Below are positions 1-8,732 of a stretch of DNA of 64,000 nt, piece by piece. The stretch lies in the NCBI GenBank assembly GCA_963715245.1, contig CAVQRM010000002.1:155692-219691 (forward strand). Direction: 5' to 3'. The DNA comes from an uncultured Chloroflexia bacterium. Lineage in GTDB: Bacteria > Chloroflexota > Limnocylindria > Limnocylindrales > CSP1-4. How positions within the stretch are numbered: position 1 is the first letter of the stretch; the number at the start of each line of letters is the position of its first letter. The translations under genes were made by a program, and so were the position numbers. The notes beneath the pieces were generated by a model. The model searched no databases. It saw only the letters and a program-made list of their open reading frames with translations, and was not told where the DNA came from.

Positions 1-748
1 TGGCAGCACCCGACGCGCGGGCTGGTGCCTCCGCTCTCGTTCATCCCGCTCGCCGAGGAGACCGGCCTGATCCTGCCGATCGGCCGCTGGGTCCTGGAGA
101 CCGCCTGCCGGCAGCTGCGCGAGTGGCAGCGACGATTCGCGTCCGCGCGGTCGCTGGTCGTCAGCGTCAACCTGTCCGCCCGCCAGTTCGCGCAGGCGGA
201 CCTGGTGGGCAACGTGGCCGCGATCCTGGACCACGCGGGCCTCGACCCGGGCCCCCTGGAGCTGGAGATCACCGAGAGCGTGGTGATGGACCAGTCCGAG
301 ACGTCGGTCGAGCGGCTTGCGAGGGCTGCGGGCCCTCGGCGTGCAAGCTGGTGCTGGACGACTTCGGGACGGCTACTCGTCGTTGTCGTACCTGCGCCGG
401 CTGCCGCTGGACACGATCAAGATCGACCGGTCGTTCGTGACCGGGCTCGGCCTCGACGGGCGTGAAGCCGCGGTCGATCTGCCGATCGTCCAGGCGGTGA
501 TCTCGCTCGCGCACGGCCTGGGGATCGACGTCGTCGCGGAGGGCATCGAGGGACCCGGCCAGCTCGAGTGCCTGCGGGACCTCGCGTGCGACCGCGGCCA
601 GGGCTACTGGTTCGCCCGGCCGCTGCCCGACGAGCTGGAGGCGATCCTCGCGGCGTCGGCACCGCTCCCCGGGTGCTGCCGCTCCCCTGAATCGAAACGG
701 GGGCCAGGGCGTCGTGCCCTGGCCCCCGCTTCCCGGATGCCTGGCTAG
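1..748 (+). CDS. EAL-domain c-di-GMP phosphodiesterase, C-terminal part (5' end outside window); frame broken three times at ~316-371 as sequenced
   Basis: EAL motifs split over three frames: FIPLAEETGLI..ELEITES (frame 1), LRALGV (frame 2), KLVLDDFGT (frame 3), GYSSLSYLRRLPLDTIKIDRSFV..AEGIE..GQGYWFARP (frame 2). Confidence 0.75.
701..725. terminator. GC-rich hairpin between convergent EAL and BI-1 genes (10-bp perfect stem gggccagggc/gccctggccc, 5-nt loop)
   Basis: Perfect inverted repeat read directly; no U-tract; lies inside the open tail of the EAL frame. Confidence 0.4.
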
Positions 749-1458
749 CTCCGGCTGCCGCCGAAGATGCGGAGCATGAACAGGAACAGGTTGATGAAGT
801 TCAGGTAGAGGTGGAGTGCCGCCAGCACGGAGGCCTTCTCCCTCGACTGCGTGAACGCCGCGTAGTCGCCGCGCGAGATGCGCTGGACGTCGTACGCGGT
901 GAGCCCCGTGAAGATCAGCACGCCGGCGATCGAGATGAGCCAGTTCAGCCCGCTCGAGCTCAGGAAGATGTTGATCACCGAGGCGACGATCAGGCCGATC
1001 AGGCCCATGAACAGGATGCCGCCCATCCTCGCGAGCTCGCGCTTCGTGATCGCGCCGTAGAGCGCGGCGGCCCCGAACATCGCGGCGGACGAGAAGAACG
1101 CCGCGGAAACCGCGCCGACGCCGCCCGGCGTCTGGAGCACGGCCCACACGATCACGCCGATCGTGAGGCCCATCGTCGCGGCGTAGAGGAAGAACAGCCC
1201 GAGTGCGGCAGTCGCCGAGAGCTTGTTGATCCCGGCCGAGATGACCATCACGAGCACGAACTGGCCGATCAGCAGCGGCAGCCACCACTGCGAGACCGTC
1301 AGCAGCAGGGTCTCGTTCGTCCCGACAAGGAACGCGACCGCGGCCGACAGCAGCAGCCCGGCGAACATCCAGCCGAAGGCGCCGACCAGCAGCTGCTGGA
1401 CGAGGGCCGGCGCCGGCCTGACGCCGAGCTGGGACGGGGTGTACGGGTTGGCGCTCAT
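745..1458 (-). CDS. BAX inhibitor-1/YccA-family integral membrane protein
   Basis: 237-aa ORF, about 7 hydrophobic helices, family-typical C-terminus ..ALHLYLNFINLFLFMLRIFGG. Confidence 0.85.
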   Translation of the reverse strand: MSANPYTPSQLGVRPAPALVQQLLVGAFGWMFAGLLLSAAVAFLVGTNETLLLTVSQWWLPLLIGQFVLVMVISAGINKLSATAALGLFFLYAATMGLTIGVIVWAVLQTPGGVGAVSAAFFSSAAMFGAAALYGAITKRELARMGGILFMGLIGLIVASVINIFLSSSGLNWLISIAGVLIFTGLTAYDVQRISRGDYAAFTQSREKASVLAALHLYLNFINLFLFMLRIFGGSRS

Positions 1459-2134
1459 CTACTCGCTCCTCTGCGCAGGTGTCGCGTTCCGGCTCCGGCT
1501 GCCGCGTGCGCGGTCGGGTCGCGCGACGGTCGCGCCCTGCGCCTCCGCCTGCTCGGCGACGCGGGCGAGGACCCAGAGCAGGTCCGCCAGACGGTTCAAG
1601 TACGGAAGGATATGACCATGCGCAAGGGCTCGGTCCTCGGCTGCGAGGGTGACCGTGCGCCGCTCGGCGCGCCGGGCGATGGTCCGGGCCAGCTCGAGGG
1701 CCGCGCTGACTCGGGTCTCACCGGGGACGACGAACTCGCGCGGCAGCTCGATCGCGGCCTCCATCTCGGCGAGGATCGAGCCCAGTGCATCGACCATCGC
1801 CTCGGAGACGCGGGTGACGCCATCCTGTTGCCGGTCGCGCGCGTCCGGGTTCGTGGCCAGCTCCGCGCCGACGACGAACAGCTCGCGCTGAAGGCGAAGG
1901 ATGAGGTCGTCCAGGCCCCCGAAGCCAGACGACAGCACGCCGTACTGCTCCTTGAGACCCAGGTCGGCTCGAGCAAGGCCAAGGGCGGCGACGGCCTCGT
2001 CGACCGTGCCGTACGCCTCCGTCCGGAGGTCGTCCTTGCGCACCCGGTCCCCGCCGAACAGCAGGCCGGTGGTGCCGTCGTCGCCCCTTGCCCGTGGCGA
2101 CGGCGGATTCGAACGGCAGCTCGCTGCGACTCAT
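1459..2134 (-). CDS. PduO-type ATP:cob(I)alamin adenosyltransferase; first 17 codons in another frame (extra base in a 4-nt homopolymer at 2084-2087)
   Basis: N-terminal motif TGKG|DDGTTGLLFGGDRV reconstructed across the break; ..RELFVVGAELA..PGETRVSAALELARTIARRAER.. core. Confidence 0.8.
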
Positions 2135-2177
2135 CGGGGCGTCTCGTGGCGGGGCATGCGCGCCAGGGTGCTCGCGC

Positions 2178-2516
2178 TCACCACATCAGGCCGGCGTCGC
2201 GCGGGTCCCAGCGCTCCGCCAGCAGCGTGACCTTGACGTCGTGGTCCACGACGCTCTCGGCCTGCTCCTTGACCTGCTGGATCATCGCGCCGGCGTACGG
2301 GCAGAAGGGCGTGGTGAGGATCATCTTCACCTCGGTGCTGTCCGGGCCGAGGATGATCTGCTTGATCAGCGCCAGCTCGACCACGTTCATCCCGATCTCC
2401 GGGTCCACGACGGCACGGAGGGCGTCGAGGATCGCGAGCTCGGTGGCGCGGCGCTGGGCGTCGAACTCGGGTGCGGCGGCGCTCGAGGCGCTCACGGCGG
2501 GCTGTGCGTCGGTCAT
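2178..2516 (-). CDS. DUF59/SufT-like Fe-S cluster assembly protein
   Basis: 112-aa ORF with VVDPEIGMNVVELALI and TTPFCPY motifs. Confidence 0.8.
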   Translation of the reverse strand: MTDAQPAVSASSAAAPEFDAQRRATELAILDALRAVVDPEIGMNVVELALIKQIILGPDSTEVKMILTTPFCPYAGAMIQQVKEQAESVVDHDVKVTLLAERWDPRDAGLMW

Positions 2517-2705
2517 CGTGGCGAAATCCTACCAGAAGGGTCGGAAATGACCGGCGGGACCTTCGGCACTCGTAACTGCCAGTCCACCGGGGCATGGTGC
2601 GTGGCTGCAGGAGGCGTTGACTCGCGGCCGCAGCCCCGGCCGCCTTCGACCGCGACGAGCCACCGGCGGGACCGACCTGCATGGAGCGTCCCGGGGAGAT
2701 GCCCG

Positions 2706-3788
2706 ATGCCCGCGCGTCGACTTGCGGTCCTGTTGACCGCGCTGCTGCTCGTGCTGGCGGCCGCCGTACCGGCTGCCGTGCTGGCCGAGGATCCGAGCGC
2801 CCCAGCCATCGATGCGGCACCACCGTCCGTCGCCACGGCCGAGGAGCCGTCCGACAGCGAGGAGCCGTCCGACAGCGAGGAGCCGTCCGACAGCGAGGAG
2901 CCGTCCGACAGCGAGGAGCCGTCCGACAGCGACGAGCCGTCCGACAGCGAGGAGCCGTCCGACAGCGAGGAGCCGTCCGACAGCGAGGAGCCGTCCGACA
3001 GCGAGGAGCCGTCCGACAGCGTCGAGCCCGAAGAACCGGCGCCGCCGACAGTCGAGGGCCTGTGCGCAACGACGTACGACTACCTGTGGCGCATCTCGAC
3101 CGACGACATGGACATGGGTCGGTTCGGCGAGGGCTTCGGCGACTACGAGGTGATGTACAAGGCCGACCTGTCGCCGTCGTCGTGGGAAGAGTGGGTCGCC
3201 CTATGGGAGGGAGACGGCGTCTACGAGCTGATCGTGGGCACCGACCAGACCGCCGGGACGAGCCTCTTCGCCTGGTGGTCGTCATCCGACACGTACGGCA
3301 TGGGAACCGCGAGCGAGACGCCGTGCGATCCCGCGTCCATGGTGGTCACGATGCGGATGTACGGGACGCAGGAGCTGGTCGACTTCTCGACGTTCTACCT
3401 GTGGCCGCTCCAGCCGAACGAGCCCTACGACTGGAGGGATCCGATCGAAGTCGAGTCAGGCGTCGTGACGGCCGTCGACGCTGGCTGGATCTTCCCCTAT
3501 TGGGACGAGGACGACTGGCCCGAGGACCTGTATCTGCAGTCGATCGACTGTGGAGGGGAATTCGGAGAGGACTACGTATGGCTCAACCCGGGCGACGCCG
3601 GGGAGTGCGTCGTGTGGGTCTCTGATGAGCCGGCGGAGGTGCAGCCGAGCGCGAGCGCAAAGCCGACGCCGCCCGCAACGTGGGCCACGGAATCCGCCGG
3701 GAGCGCACCGTCCTGGACGGGCCTGCTCGCGTTGCTGTTCATCGTCAGCACTGCCATCCTGCTGGTCCCGCGCCGGCGCCTTCGGTGA
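2706..3788 (+). CDS. Secreted, very acidic repeat protein with C-terminal membrane-anchor / sorting-signal-like tail (family unknown)
   Basis: ATG 2706 then signal peptide RRLAVLLTALLLVLAAAVPAAVLA; ten EEPSDS repeats; Trp/Tyr/Asp-rich 4-Cys domain; C-terminus ..SAPSWTG-LLALLFIVSTAILLV-PRRRLR. Confidence 0.7.
   Translation: MPARRLAVLLTALLLVLAAAVPAAVLAEDPSAPAIDAAPPSVATAEEPSDSEEPSDSEEPSDSEEPSDSEEPSDSDEPSDSEEPSDSEEPSDSEEPSDSEEPSDSVEPEEPAPPTVEGLCATTYDYLWRISTDDMDMGRFGEGFGDYEVMYKADLSPSSWEEWVALWEGDGVYELIVGTDQTAGTSLFAWWSSSDTYGMGTASETPCDPASMVVTMRMYGTQELVDFSTFYLWPLQPNEPYDWRDPIEVESGVVTAVDAGWIFPYWDEDDWPEDLYLQSIDCGGEFGEDYVWLNPGDAGECVVWVSDEPAEVQPSASAKPTPPATWATESAGSAPSWTGLLALLFIVSTAILLVPRRRLR
2841..3020 (+). 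repeat. Tandem repeat, 10 x 18 bp (gaggagccgtccgacagc), in frame (EEPSDS)
   Basis: Nine identical units plus one with a single G->C change (unit 6, DEPSDS). Confidence 0.95.
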
Positions 3789-3793
3789 ACCCT

Positions 3794-3832
3794 GGCCCGG
3801 CCGGCCCGTGCAGTCGTCGGGCCGGCCGGGCC
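3794..3832 (+). terminator. Strong hairpin 6 nt after the repeat-protein stop (14-bp perfect stem ggcccggccggccc/gggccggccgggcc, 11-nt loop)
   Basis: Perfect inverted repeat directly downstream of stop codon 3786-3788. Confidence 0.6.
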
Positions 3833-3922
3833 GTCCGGCCCTCCAGACGGGGCCGGTTGTCCATTTGCGCAATCACGCAAGTGGCTGCATCATGGCCGTC
3901 GGAGCACCCCCAGGAGGCCTTG

Positions 3923-4342
3923 ATGTTCGACGCCCGCTACACCTTCGGCACGCGGTTCGACGCGTCCTTTGACGATGTCCGTGAAGCCACCGAGGCCGCC
4001 CTCCGGGGCGAGGGCTTCGGCGTCCTCACGGAGATCGACGTCGCCGCGACGATGCGGGCGAAGCTGGGGGCCGAGCTCGATCCGTACGTGATCCTCGGTG
4101 CCTGCAACCCGCCGCTCGCCCACCGCGCGATCACCGCCGACCCCTCGGTGGGCGCGCTGCTCCCGTGCAACGTCGTGATCCGCGCCGATGGCGACTCCGT
4201 TGTCCTTGAGGCGATGGACCCCCAGGCCGCCCTCGGCCTCGTCGACGAGCCGGCCATCCACGAGGTCGCCACCGAGGCGCGGGCGCGGCTGCGCCGGGCG
4301 GTCGAGCGCGTCGCGGAGCTGCTTCCCGCCGCCGTTTCCTGA
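3923..4342 (+). CDS. DUF302 domain protein
   Basis: AGGAGG at 3912-3917, ATG 3923; ..GFGVLTEIDV..YVILGACNP..LPCNVV.. motifs. Confidence 0.8.
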   Translation: MFDARYTFGTRFDASFDDVREATEAALRGEGFGVLTEIDVAATMRAKLGAELDPYVILGACNPPLAHRAITADPSVGALLPCNVVIRADGDSVVLEAMDPQAALGLVDEPAIHEVATEARARLRRAVERVAELLPAAVS

Positions 4343-4379
4343 TCCCGCCCACCCAGACCGTCACCAGGAGTCCCCGCGC

Positions 4380-4871
4380 ATGGCCACGAAGACCGCCGTC
4401 CTCACGCTCACCAATGACTCGATGCGCTTCGAGGCGGTCGTCGGCAGCGGCCACACGATCGTCTTCGACAACGCGGAGGGCGACTCAGGCGCCCGACCGT
4501 CGGAGCTGGTCGGGGCGGCGCTCGCCGCCTGCACCGCGATGGACGTGATCTCGATCCTGCGCAAGAAGCGGCAGGAGCTCACGAGCTACGAGGTCCGGAC
4601 GAGCGGCGTGCAGATGGACGAGCACCCCCACGCGTTCACGCGCTTCGACGTCGTGCACGTGGTGGACGGGGTCGAGATCGATCCCGAGGCGGTCCGGCGC
4701 GCGATCGAACTCTCCGCGACGCGCTACTGCGCGGTCGGATCAACGCTCGCGTCAGGCGCCGTGGAGGTGCATCACTCGTACCTCATCCGCCGCCCGGACA
4801 GCGACGAGCTGTACGCCGAGGTCGTGGTCATCGGGCCGCAGACCGCGCCGGCCGCGCTCGCCGCACGCTGA
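4380..4871 (+). CDS. OsmC/Ohr-family peroxiredoxin-like protein
   Basis: ..GARPSELVGAALAACTAMDV.. and ..ATRYCAVGSTL.. (the two family cysteines). Confidence 0.85.
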   Translation: MATKTAVLTLTNDSMRFEAVVGSGHTIVFDNAEGDSGARPSELVGAALAACTAMDVISILRKKRQELTSYEVRTSGVQMDEHPHAFTRFDVVHVVDGVEIDPEAVRRAIELSATRYCAVGSTLASGAVEVHHSYLIRRPDSDELYAEVVVIGPQTAPAALAAR

Positions 4872-4887
4872 CCTGCCGTTCCGTCGT

Positions 4888-5170
4888 CAGACGTTCTCCC
4901 GGAGAACGCGATCGGGGTCGTGGCGGCGTACAGATATCGAGCACGGGCGATCTGGTCTCCCGGACGGCCCTCACAGTGGTCCCAGGGTTGCAGACGCTCA
5001 GCCGGGGAACGCTCGAGCGACATCCTCGGCCCGTGCACCCGAGCGAACGCACGCCCAGTGAACGTCTGACGAGTGCTGGGCCCCACTACACCCACGGAGG
5101 TGCTCCGGGTGAGCGTCTGATCGGCGACCGCCGGAGGAGTGTCCGAGCGCGTTCGCGAGGAGAGCGTCTG
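4888..5170. repeat. Five copies of the 9-mer GA[A/G]CGTCTG (inverted at 4888 and 4991; direct at 5060, 5111, 5162 with exact 51-bp spacing) in a 350-bp gap between convergent genes
   Basis: Read directly; also a 17-bp palindrome CGTTCTCC-c-GGAGAACG at 4892-4908. Confidence 0.7.
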
Positions 5171-5221
5171 GATGAGGAGGGCGACGCCGGCGGGCGCCGC
5201 GCACAGGTGCCCGCGTGCGGG

Positions 5222-5548
5222 TCAGGCGGGCGCCGCGACCTTGACGACGATGCCCGGGATGCGCAGCCGCTCGGGGAGCTGGGCGGCCTCGGCGTCCGTA
5301 TAGCCGGGTCCCGCGAGCGATCCGTCGGGCTCGAAGAACTCCGCGTAGCTGGTTTTGTGCTCGGCCGCGTAGGCGTACGCCTCGGCGATCCCCACGGCCC
5401 GCAGCTCCGGGTGGTCCTTCAGCATGTCGACGAGCGTGAAGCCGTTTGACCGGGCCTCGAGCACCTGGCGCACGGTGAGCCGCGAGCCGTAGCAGAAAGG
5501 CTCGCCGTTCATCACGAGCGGGTCGACCTTGACCCACTTGATCGTCAT
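5222..5548 (-). CDS. DUF433 domain protein (antitoxin-like HTH)
   Basis: ..MNGEPFCYGSRLTVRQVLEARSNGFTLVDMLKDHPEL..IAEAYAYA.. resembles the DUF433 core. Confidence 0.75.
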   Translation of the reverse strand: MTIKWVKVDPLVMNGEPFCYGSRLTVRQVLEARSNGFTLVDMLKDHPELRAVGIAEAYAYAAEHKTSYAEFFEPDGSLAGPGYTDAEAAQLPERLRIPGIVVKVAAPA

Positions 5549-5556
5549 CGGAGCTC

Positions 5557-6078
5557 CTACGCGCCCTTGTAGATGGCGGCGATGATCGGGTTGCGCTTGC
5601 GGGCGTCACCGGCAAGGCGTCGGTACCAGCGGAAGACGGCGACGGCCTCGTCGAGCGCGGCGTCCGCGGGGACGCTCTCGGCCTCGGACAGGATGCCGCG
5701 CGCCCCGGCGCGGAGCGACTCGAGCAGCCGCACGACGTCGTCCATCGGGACCTCGCGGCGTCGGAAGACCGGCGCGGTCATGTCCGCGAACTCCTTGAGC
5801 CAGTGCGCGTCGTCACCCGCCACGCACAGCGCCAGCCGGTCGACGAAGACCTCGGCGTCCTTCAGGAGGTGGCGCAGGCCGTCCTCGGTGTACCGGGTGC
5901 GCATCGTCGGGTCGCCGTCGACGGCGACCTCGAGCGCCCGCGCGGCGAGGGCGGCGCGTTCCGTGCGGAGGCGCGCGGCCGCATCCGGGTACCCGGCGTC
6001 GAGGCTGCGCGGCGGCTTGCCAAGCGTGGGATGGCTCACGTCGCGAAGGATACCGCCCGCAACCACTGCGCGTAGCAT
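5557..6078 (-). CDS. Hypothetical helical protein, co-oriented 8 bp upstream of the DUF433 gene (start uncertain; alternative Met at 5904)
   Basis: 173-aa ORF with genome-typical codon bias; no family recognised. Confidence 0.5.
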   Translation of the reverse strand: MLRAVVAGGILRDVSHPTLGKPPRSLDAGYPDAAARLRTERAALAARALEVAVDGDPTMRTRYTEDGLRHLLKDAEVFVDRLALCVAGDDAHWLKEFADMTAPVFRRREVPMDDVVRLLESLRAGARGILSEAESVPADAALDEAVAVFRWYRRLAGDARKRNPIIAAIYKGA

Positions 6079-6084
6079 CTCGAC

Positions 6085-6630
6085 ATGACCGATCGCACCG
6101 ACGGGCCGGCTCCGGATCCCGCGCAGGATCCGGATCGTCCCCCGGCCGCACGCCAGCTCGACCGCGCACCAGGGGAGCGCTATCGCCCGCCTGGAGGGGG
6201 CACGTCGGGCGCGGGGATGCCGCCCGCGTCCCGGCCGGGGGCCACGGCGCCCGTCACGCCGCCTGGGAGCCGCTCCCGAGCGGTCCTCGCCGGTGTCGGT
6301 GCCGCCGGTGGCGGCGCTCTCGTGTATGCCCTCCTCGGCCAGGTGGACCTCGGGCTCGGGCTGCTCGCCGTCGCCGCGTTCGTGGGCTGGGCCGTCGCGA
6401 TCGCGATCGTGTGGGGCGCCGGTGCCGTCCGTCCGATCCCCCGTCAGCCGCTCGTCGCCGCGCTGCTTGGAGCGGGCGCAATCGTCGTTGGGCTGCTCCT
6501 CGCGTGGGCGTGGTCACGCGTGGAGGGCGGGGTGCTCGGCCCGCTCGAGTACACGGACCAGCGCTACGGACCGGTCGCGTACCTCGAGATCCTCGTCGCG
6601 GGCGCGGTCGCCGGCCTGCGGGCAAGGTAG
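6085..6630 (+). CDS. Hypothetical membrane protein (Pro-rich N-terminus, about 4 TM helices; start uncertain)
   Basis: ..AVLAGVGAAGGGALVYALLG..LLAVAAFVGWAVAIAIVWG..VAALLGAGAIVVGLLLAWAW.. Confidence 0.45.
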   Translation: MTDRTDGPAPDPAQDPDRPPAARQLDRAPGERYRPPGGGTSGAGMPPASRPGATAPVTPPGSRSRAVLAGVGAAGGGALVYALLGQVDLGLGLLAVAAFVGWAVAIAIVWGAGAVRPIPRQPLVAALLGAGAIVVGLLLAWAWSRVEGGVLGPLEYTDQRYGPVAYLEILVAGAVAGLRAR

Positions 6631-6681
6631 ATCGCGGCTCTCGAGACGAGGCCCGCACGCGCCACGCGGGCGGCGATCGCC

Positions 6682-7959
6682 TCAGTCGCCCGCGTCGAGC
6701 TCCGCGATGATCGTCGGGGGCGTCAGCGGCTCGCGCAGCAGGCGGCCGAACCGCGCGGCGCGCTCGGCGGCCGGGACGGCGTGGAGCCAGCGCCGGAGGA
6801 GTGCCTCGCCCTCCGAGTAGACGTGCACGTAGAGCCGCCACAGCGGATGCTCGATGAACCGCAGGCGTGCCTCCGCCGCCTCGGGCGAGAACCGGCCCAC
6901 GGCGACCAGGTAGTCCGCGACCTGCTCGCGCGGAACGCCGTCGGCGTGGAGCAGGAGCGCGGCGTTCAGACGGCTCTCGTCGAGGACCGCCCGCCGGGCC
7001 CGGATCGCGGCTGCCCGTGACGCGGCATCGCGCAAGGCGCCTGGATCGGCGGCGAGCGTCAGCCCTGCGACCGGGGCGAGCTCGATGAGCAGGTCGGCCA
7101 GCTCCTCGTCCGGGAGGACGAAGTCCCGGCCCAGGTTCGCGAGCCCCTCCGAGATGAGGCACTCGGGCGTGTTGATGAGCAGGATGCTCGCCTCGCCCCG
7201 GCCGAGCTCCTCGACGAGCACCTGCTCCTTGAGCGCGTGCTCGAGGTGGTGCCCGGGATACGTCTCGTGGGCGACGACCCCCGCGAACGCCGGCAGCCGG
7301 ATCGGCAGGTCGAGATTGAAGTCCACGCGGGAGCGATACCCGCCGTCGTACCAGTTGTAGCCGCTCCACGGCTGGTCCCGCACGAGGCTGACCGTCAGCT
7401 CCCCGCCGTCAGGCAGGCCGAACAGCGCAGCCGCGCGTGCCCGGTAGCGGGGCACGAGCGCGTCGACGACCGCCCGAACCCGATCGGGCTCGACGGTCCA
7501 CCGGCCATCCTCCGTCGCCATGCGCTCGCCCAGCGGGCCCCGGCCGGGCAGCAGGGTTTCCAGGTCTGCCGCGGCCGCATCGAACACGGCCTGGGCACGC
7601 CGGACCGGCGTGAACGCGAAGCACCGGCTGACCTGGTCGAGATATGGAATGTCCTCGCCGGCGCGAGTCGCGGGCAAGCGTCTCGAGCGCGACGAGCTGG
7701 AGCTCCAGCCAGTGGCGGCGCGCGTCGTCGTCCACCTCGCCGGCAAGCCGGTCACGCAGCGCCACCGCGTCCTCGGCGAGGCGCGCGGGCGGCCGGAGCT
7801 GCTCCATGTCGACGCGGGCCTTGAGGTCAGCGGGTCCGTAGTAGCCGTCGACGGTGCCGGGCAGGTGCTGGTCGAGCCGCAGCGCGAGCAGGAGGTAGTC
7901 ACGCGCGACCGCGTCGGGAACGGGGACCTGGCGGACGCCGCCCACCGCCGTCGTGCGCT
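6682..7959 (-). CDS. DUF885-like putative metallopeptidase; frame break near 7665-7685
   Basis: HETYPGHH motif as in DUF885-type proteins; the N-terminal ~95 codons (VSIERTT..WLELQLVALETLA) lie in the adjacent frame. Confidence 0.6.
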   Translation of the reverse strand, partial: SARRRWAASARSPFPTRSRVTTSCSRCGSTSTCPAPSTATTDPLTSRPASTWSSSGRPRASPRTRWRCVTGLPARWTTTRAATGWSSSSSRSRRLPATRAGEDIPYLDQVSRCFAFTPVRRAQAVFDAAAADLETLLPGRGPLGERMATEDGRWTVEPDRVRAVVDALVPRYRARAAALFGLPDGGELTVSLVRDQPWSGYNWYDGGYRSRVDFNLDLPIRLPAFAGVVAHETYPGHHLEHALKEQVLVEELGRGEASILLINTPECLISEGLANLGRDFVLPDEELADLLIELAPVAGLTLAADPGALRDAASRAAAIRARRAVLDESRLNAALLLHADGVPREQVADYLVAVGRFSPEAAEARLRFIEHPLWRLYVHVYSEGEALLRRWLHAVPAAERAARFGRLLREPLTPPTIIAELDAGD

Positions 7960-7980
7960 CGATGCTCACGGGCAGCCGGG

Positions 7981-8607
7981 CTATCGCTGGAGCCGCTGTG
8001 GCCGCGGCGCCCGACGCGTGGCGGCCTGGCCGCCCTCGTGCTCGTGGCCCGCGTGGTCCGATGCCGCGCGGCGCGCCTCGTCGAGCCGGCGCTGGAGCTC
8101 GGCATCCAGCGGGATCGAACGCCGGGACCCCTGGGCGAGGTGCGCGTGGCGCATCGCGACGGCGTCGTTGTTCGGGCCGGGCTCGGCGGCCCAATGAGGC
8201 TCCTCGTCACCACCATTGCCGGCCGCAGCGTTCGCGCCGCCCGCATCGGGGACGGAGCCCATCCCCTGCCCCGGGCCCACGCCGCCGGTCTCGCCGACGA
8301 ACGGCATCCCCTGGCGCTCCACGGCGTCCAGGCTCATCCGCAGGGCGGCGGTCTTCTGGCTCGCGACCTCGCGCACGTAGGCCGCCTCCTCGTCCGCGGT
8401 CATCGGCCGCCCGCGCACGATCCCCTTGGGCTTGCCCACCATCAACCAGGCGAGGTGGTAGCGATCCATCGTCCCCCATGCGTGCGCCAGGAGATCGTCG
8501 GACAGCTGCAGCCACGTCGCCAGCGAGGTCATCGACGGGTCCGCGTCGAGGCGCTCGCCCTCGGCGATCAGCTGGCGCGTTCGGAGGATCAGCTCGTCAC
8601 GGGTCAC
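7981..8607 (-). CDS. Hypothetical protein
   Basis: 208-aa ORF with good codon bias and a Gly-rich central segment; no family recognised. Confidence 0.5.
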   Translation of the reverse strand: MTRDELILRTRQLIAEGERLDADPSMTSLATWLQLSDDLLAHAWGTMDRYHLAWLMVGKPKGIVRGRPMTADEEAAYVREVASQKTAALRMSLDAVERQGMPFVGETGGVGPGQGMGSVPDAGGANAAAGNGGDEEPHWAAEPGPNNDAVAMRHAHLAQGSRRSIPLDAELQRRLDEARRAASDHAGHEHEGGQAATRRAPRPQRLQR

Positions 8608-8732
8608 GAGGCCAGTCTAGGGCGTGCACGGTAGCCGGGCTCCCGGCCGCCGGCTCGGATCTCGATGCACCGAGTGCAGCGCGGGCGCGAACCTGCCACC
8701 TGCTGACATGTCCCGTGGCTAGGCTGACGGTG

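Noticed and set aside
2101-2116. A tRNA T-loop-like string GGATTCGAACG (reverse complement CGTTCGAATCC).
   Set aside because: The flanks cannot form a T-stem (tgccg versus ccgcc) or an acceptor stem. It lies inside the pduO-type coding sequence (..PFESAVA..).
2841-3020. A regular 18-bp repeat array that could be mistaken for a CRISPR array or minisatellite.
   Set aside because: The units are directly adjacent with no spacers, are too short, are in frame (EEPSDS), and sit inside a signal-peptide-bearing ORF. No cas genes are present.
6079-6084. Two divergent ORFs whose annotated start codons are only 6 bp apart (5557-6078 minus strand, 6085-6630 plus strand).
   Set aside because: This leaves no room for two promoters, so at least one start is probably internal (Met at 5904 or at 6217). 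I record it as start-site uncertainty rather than as a feature.
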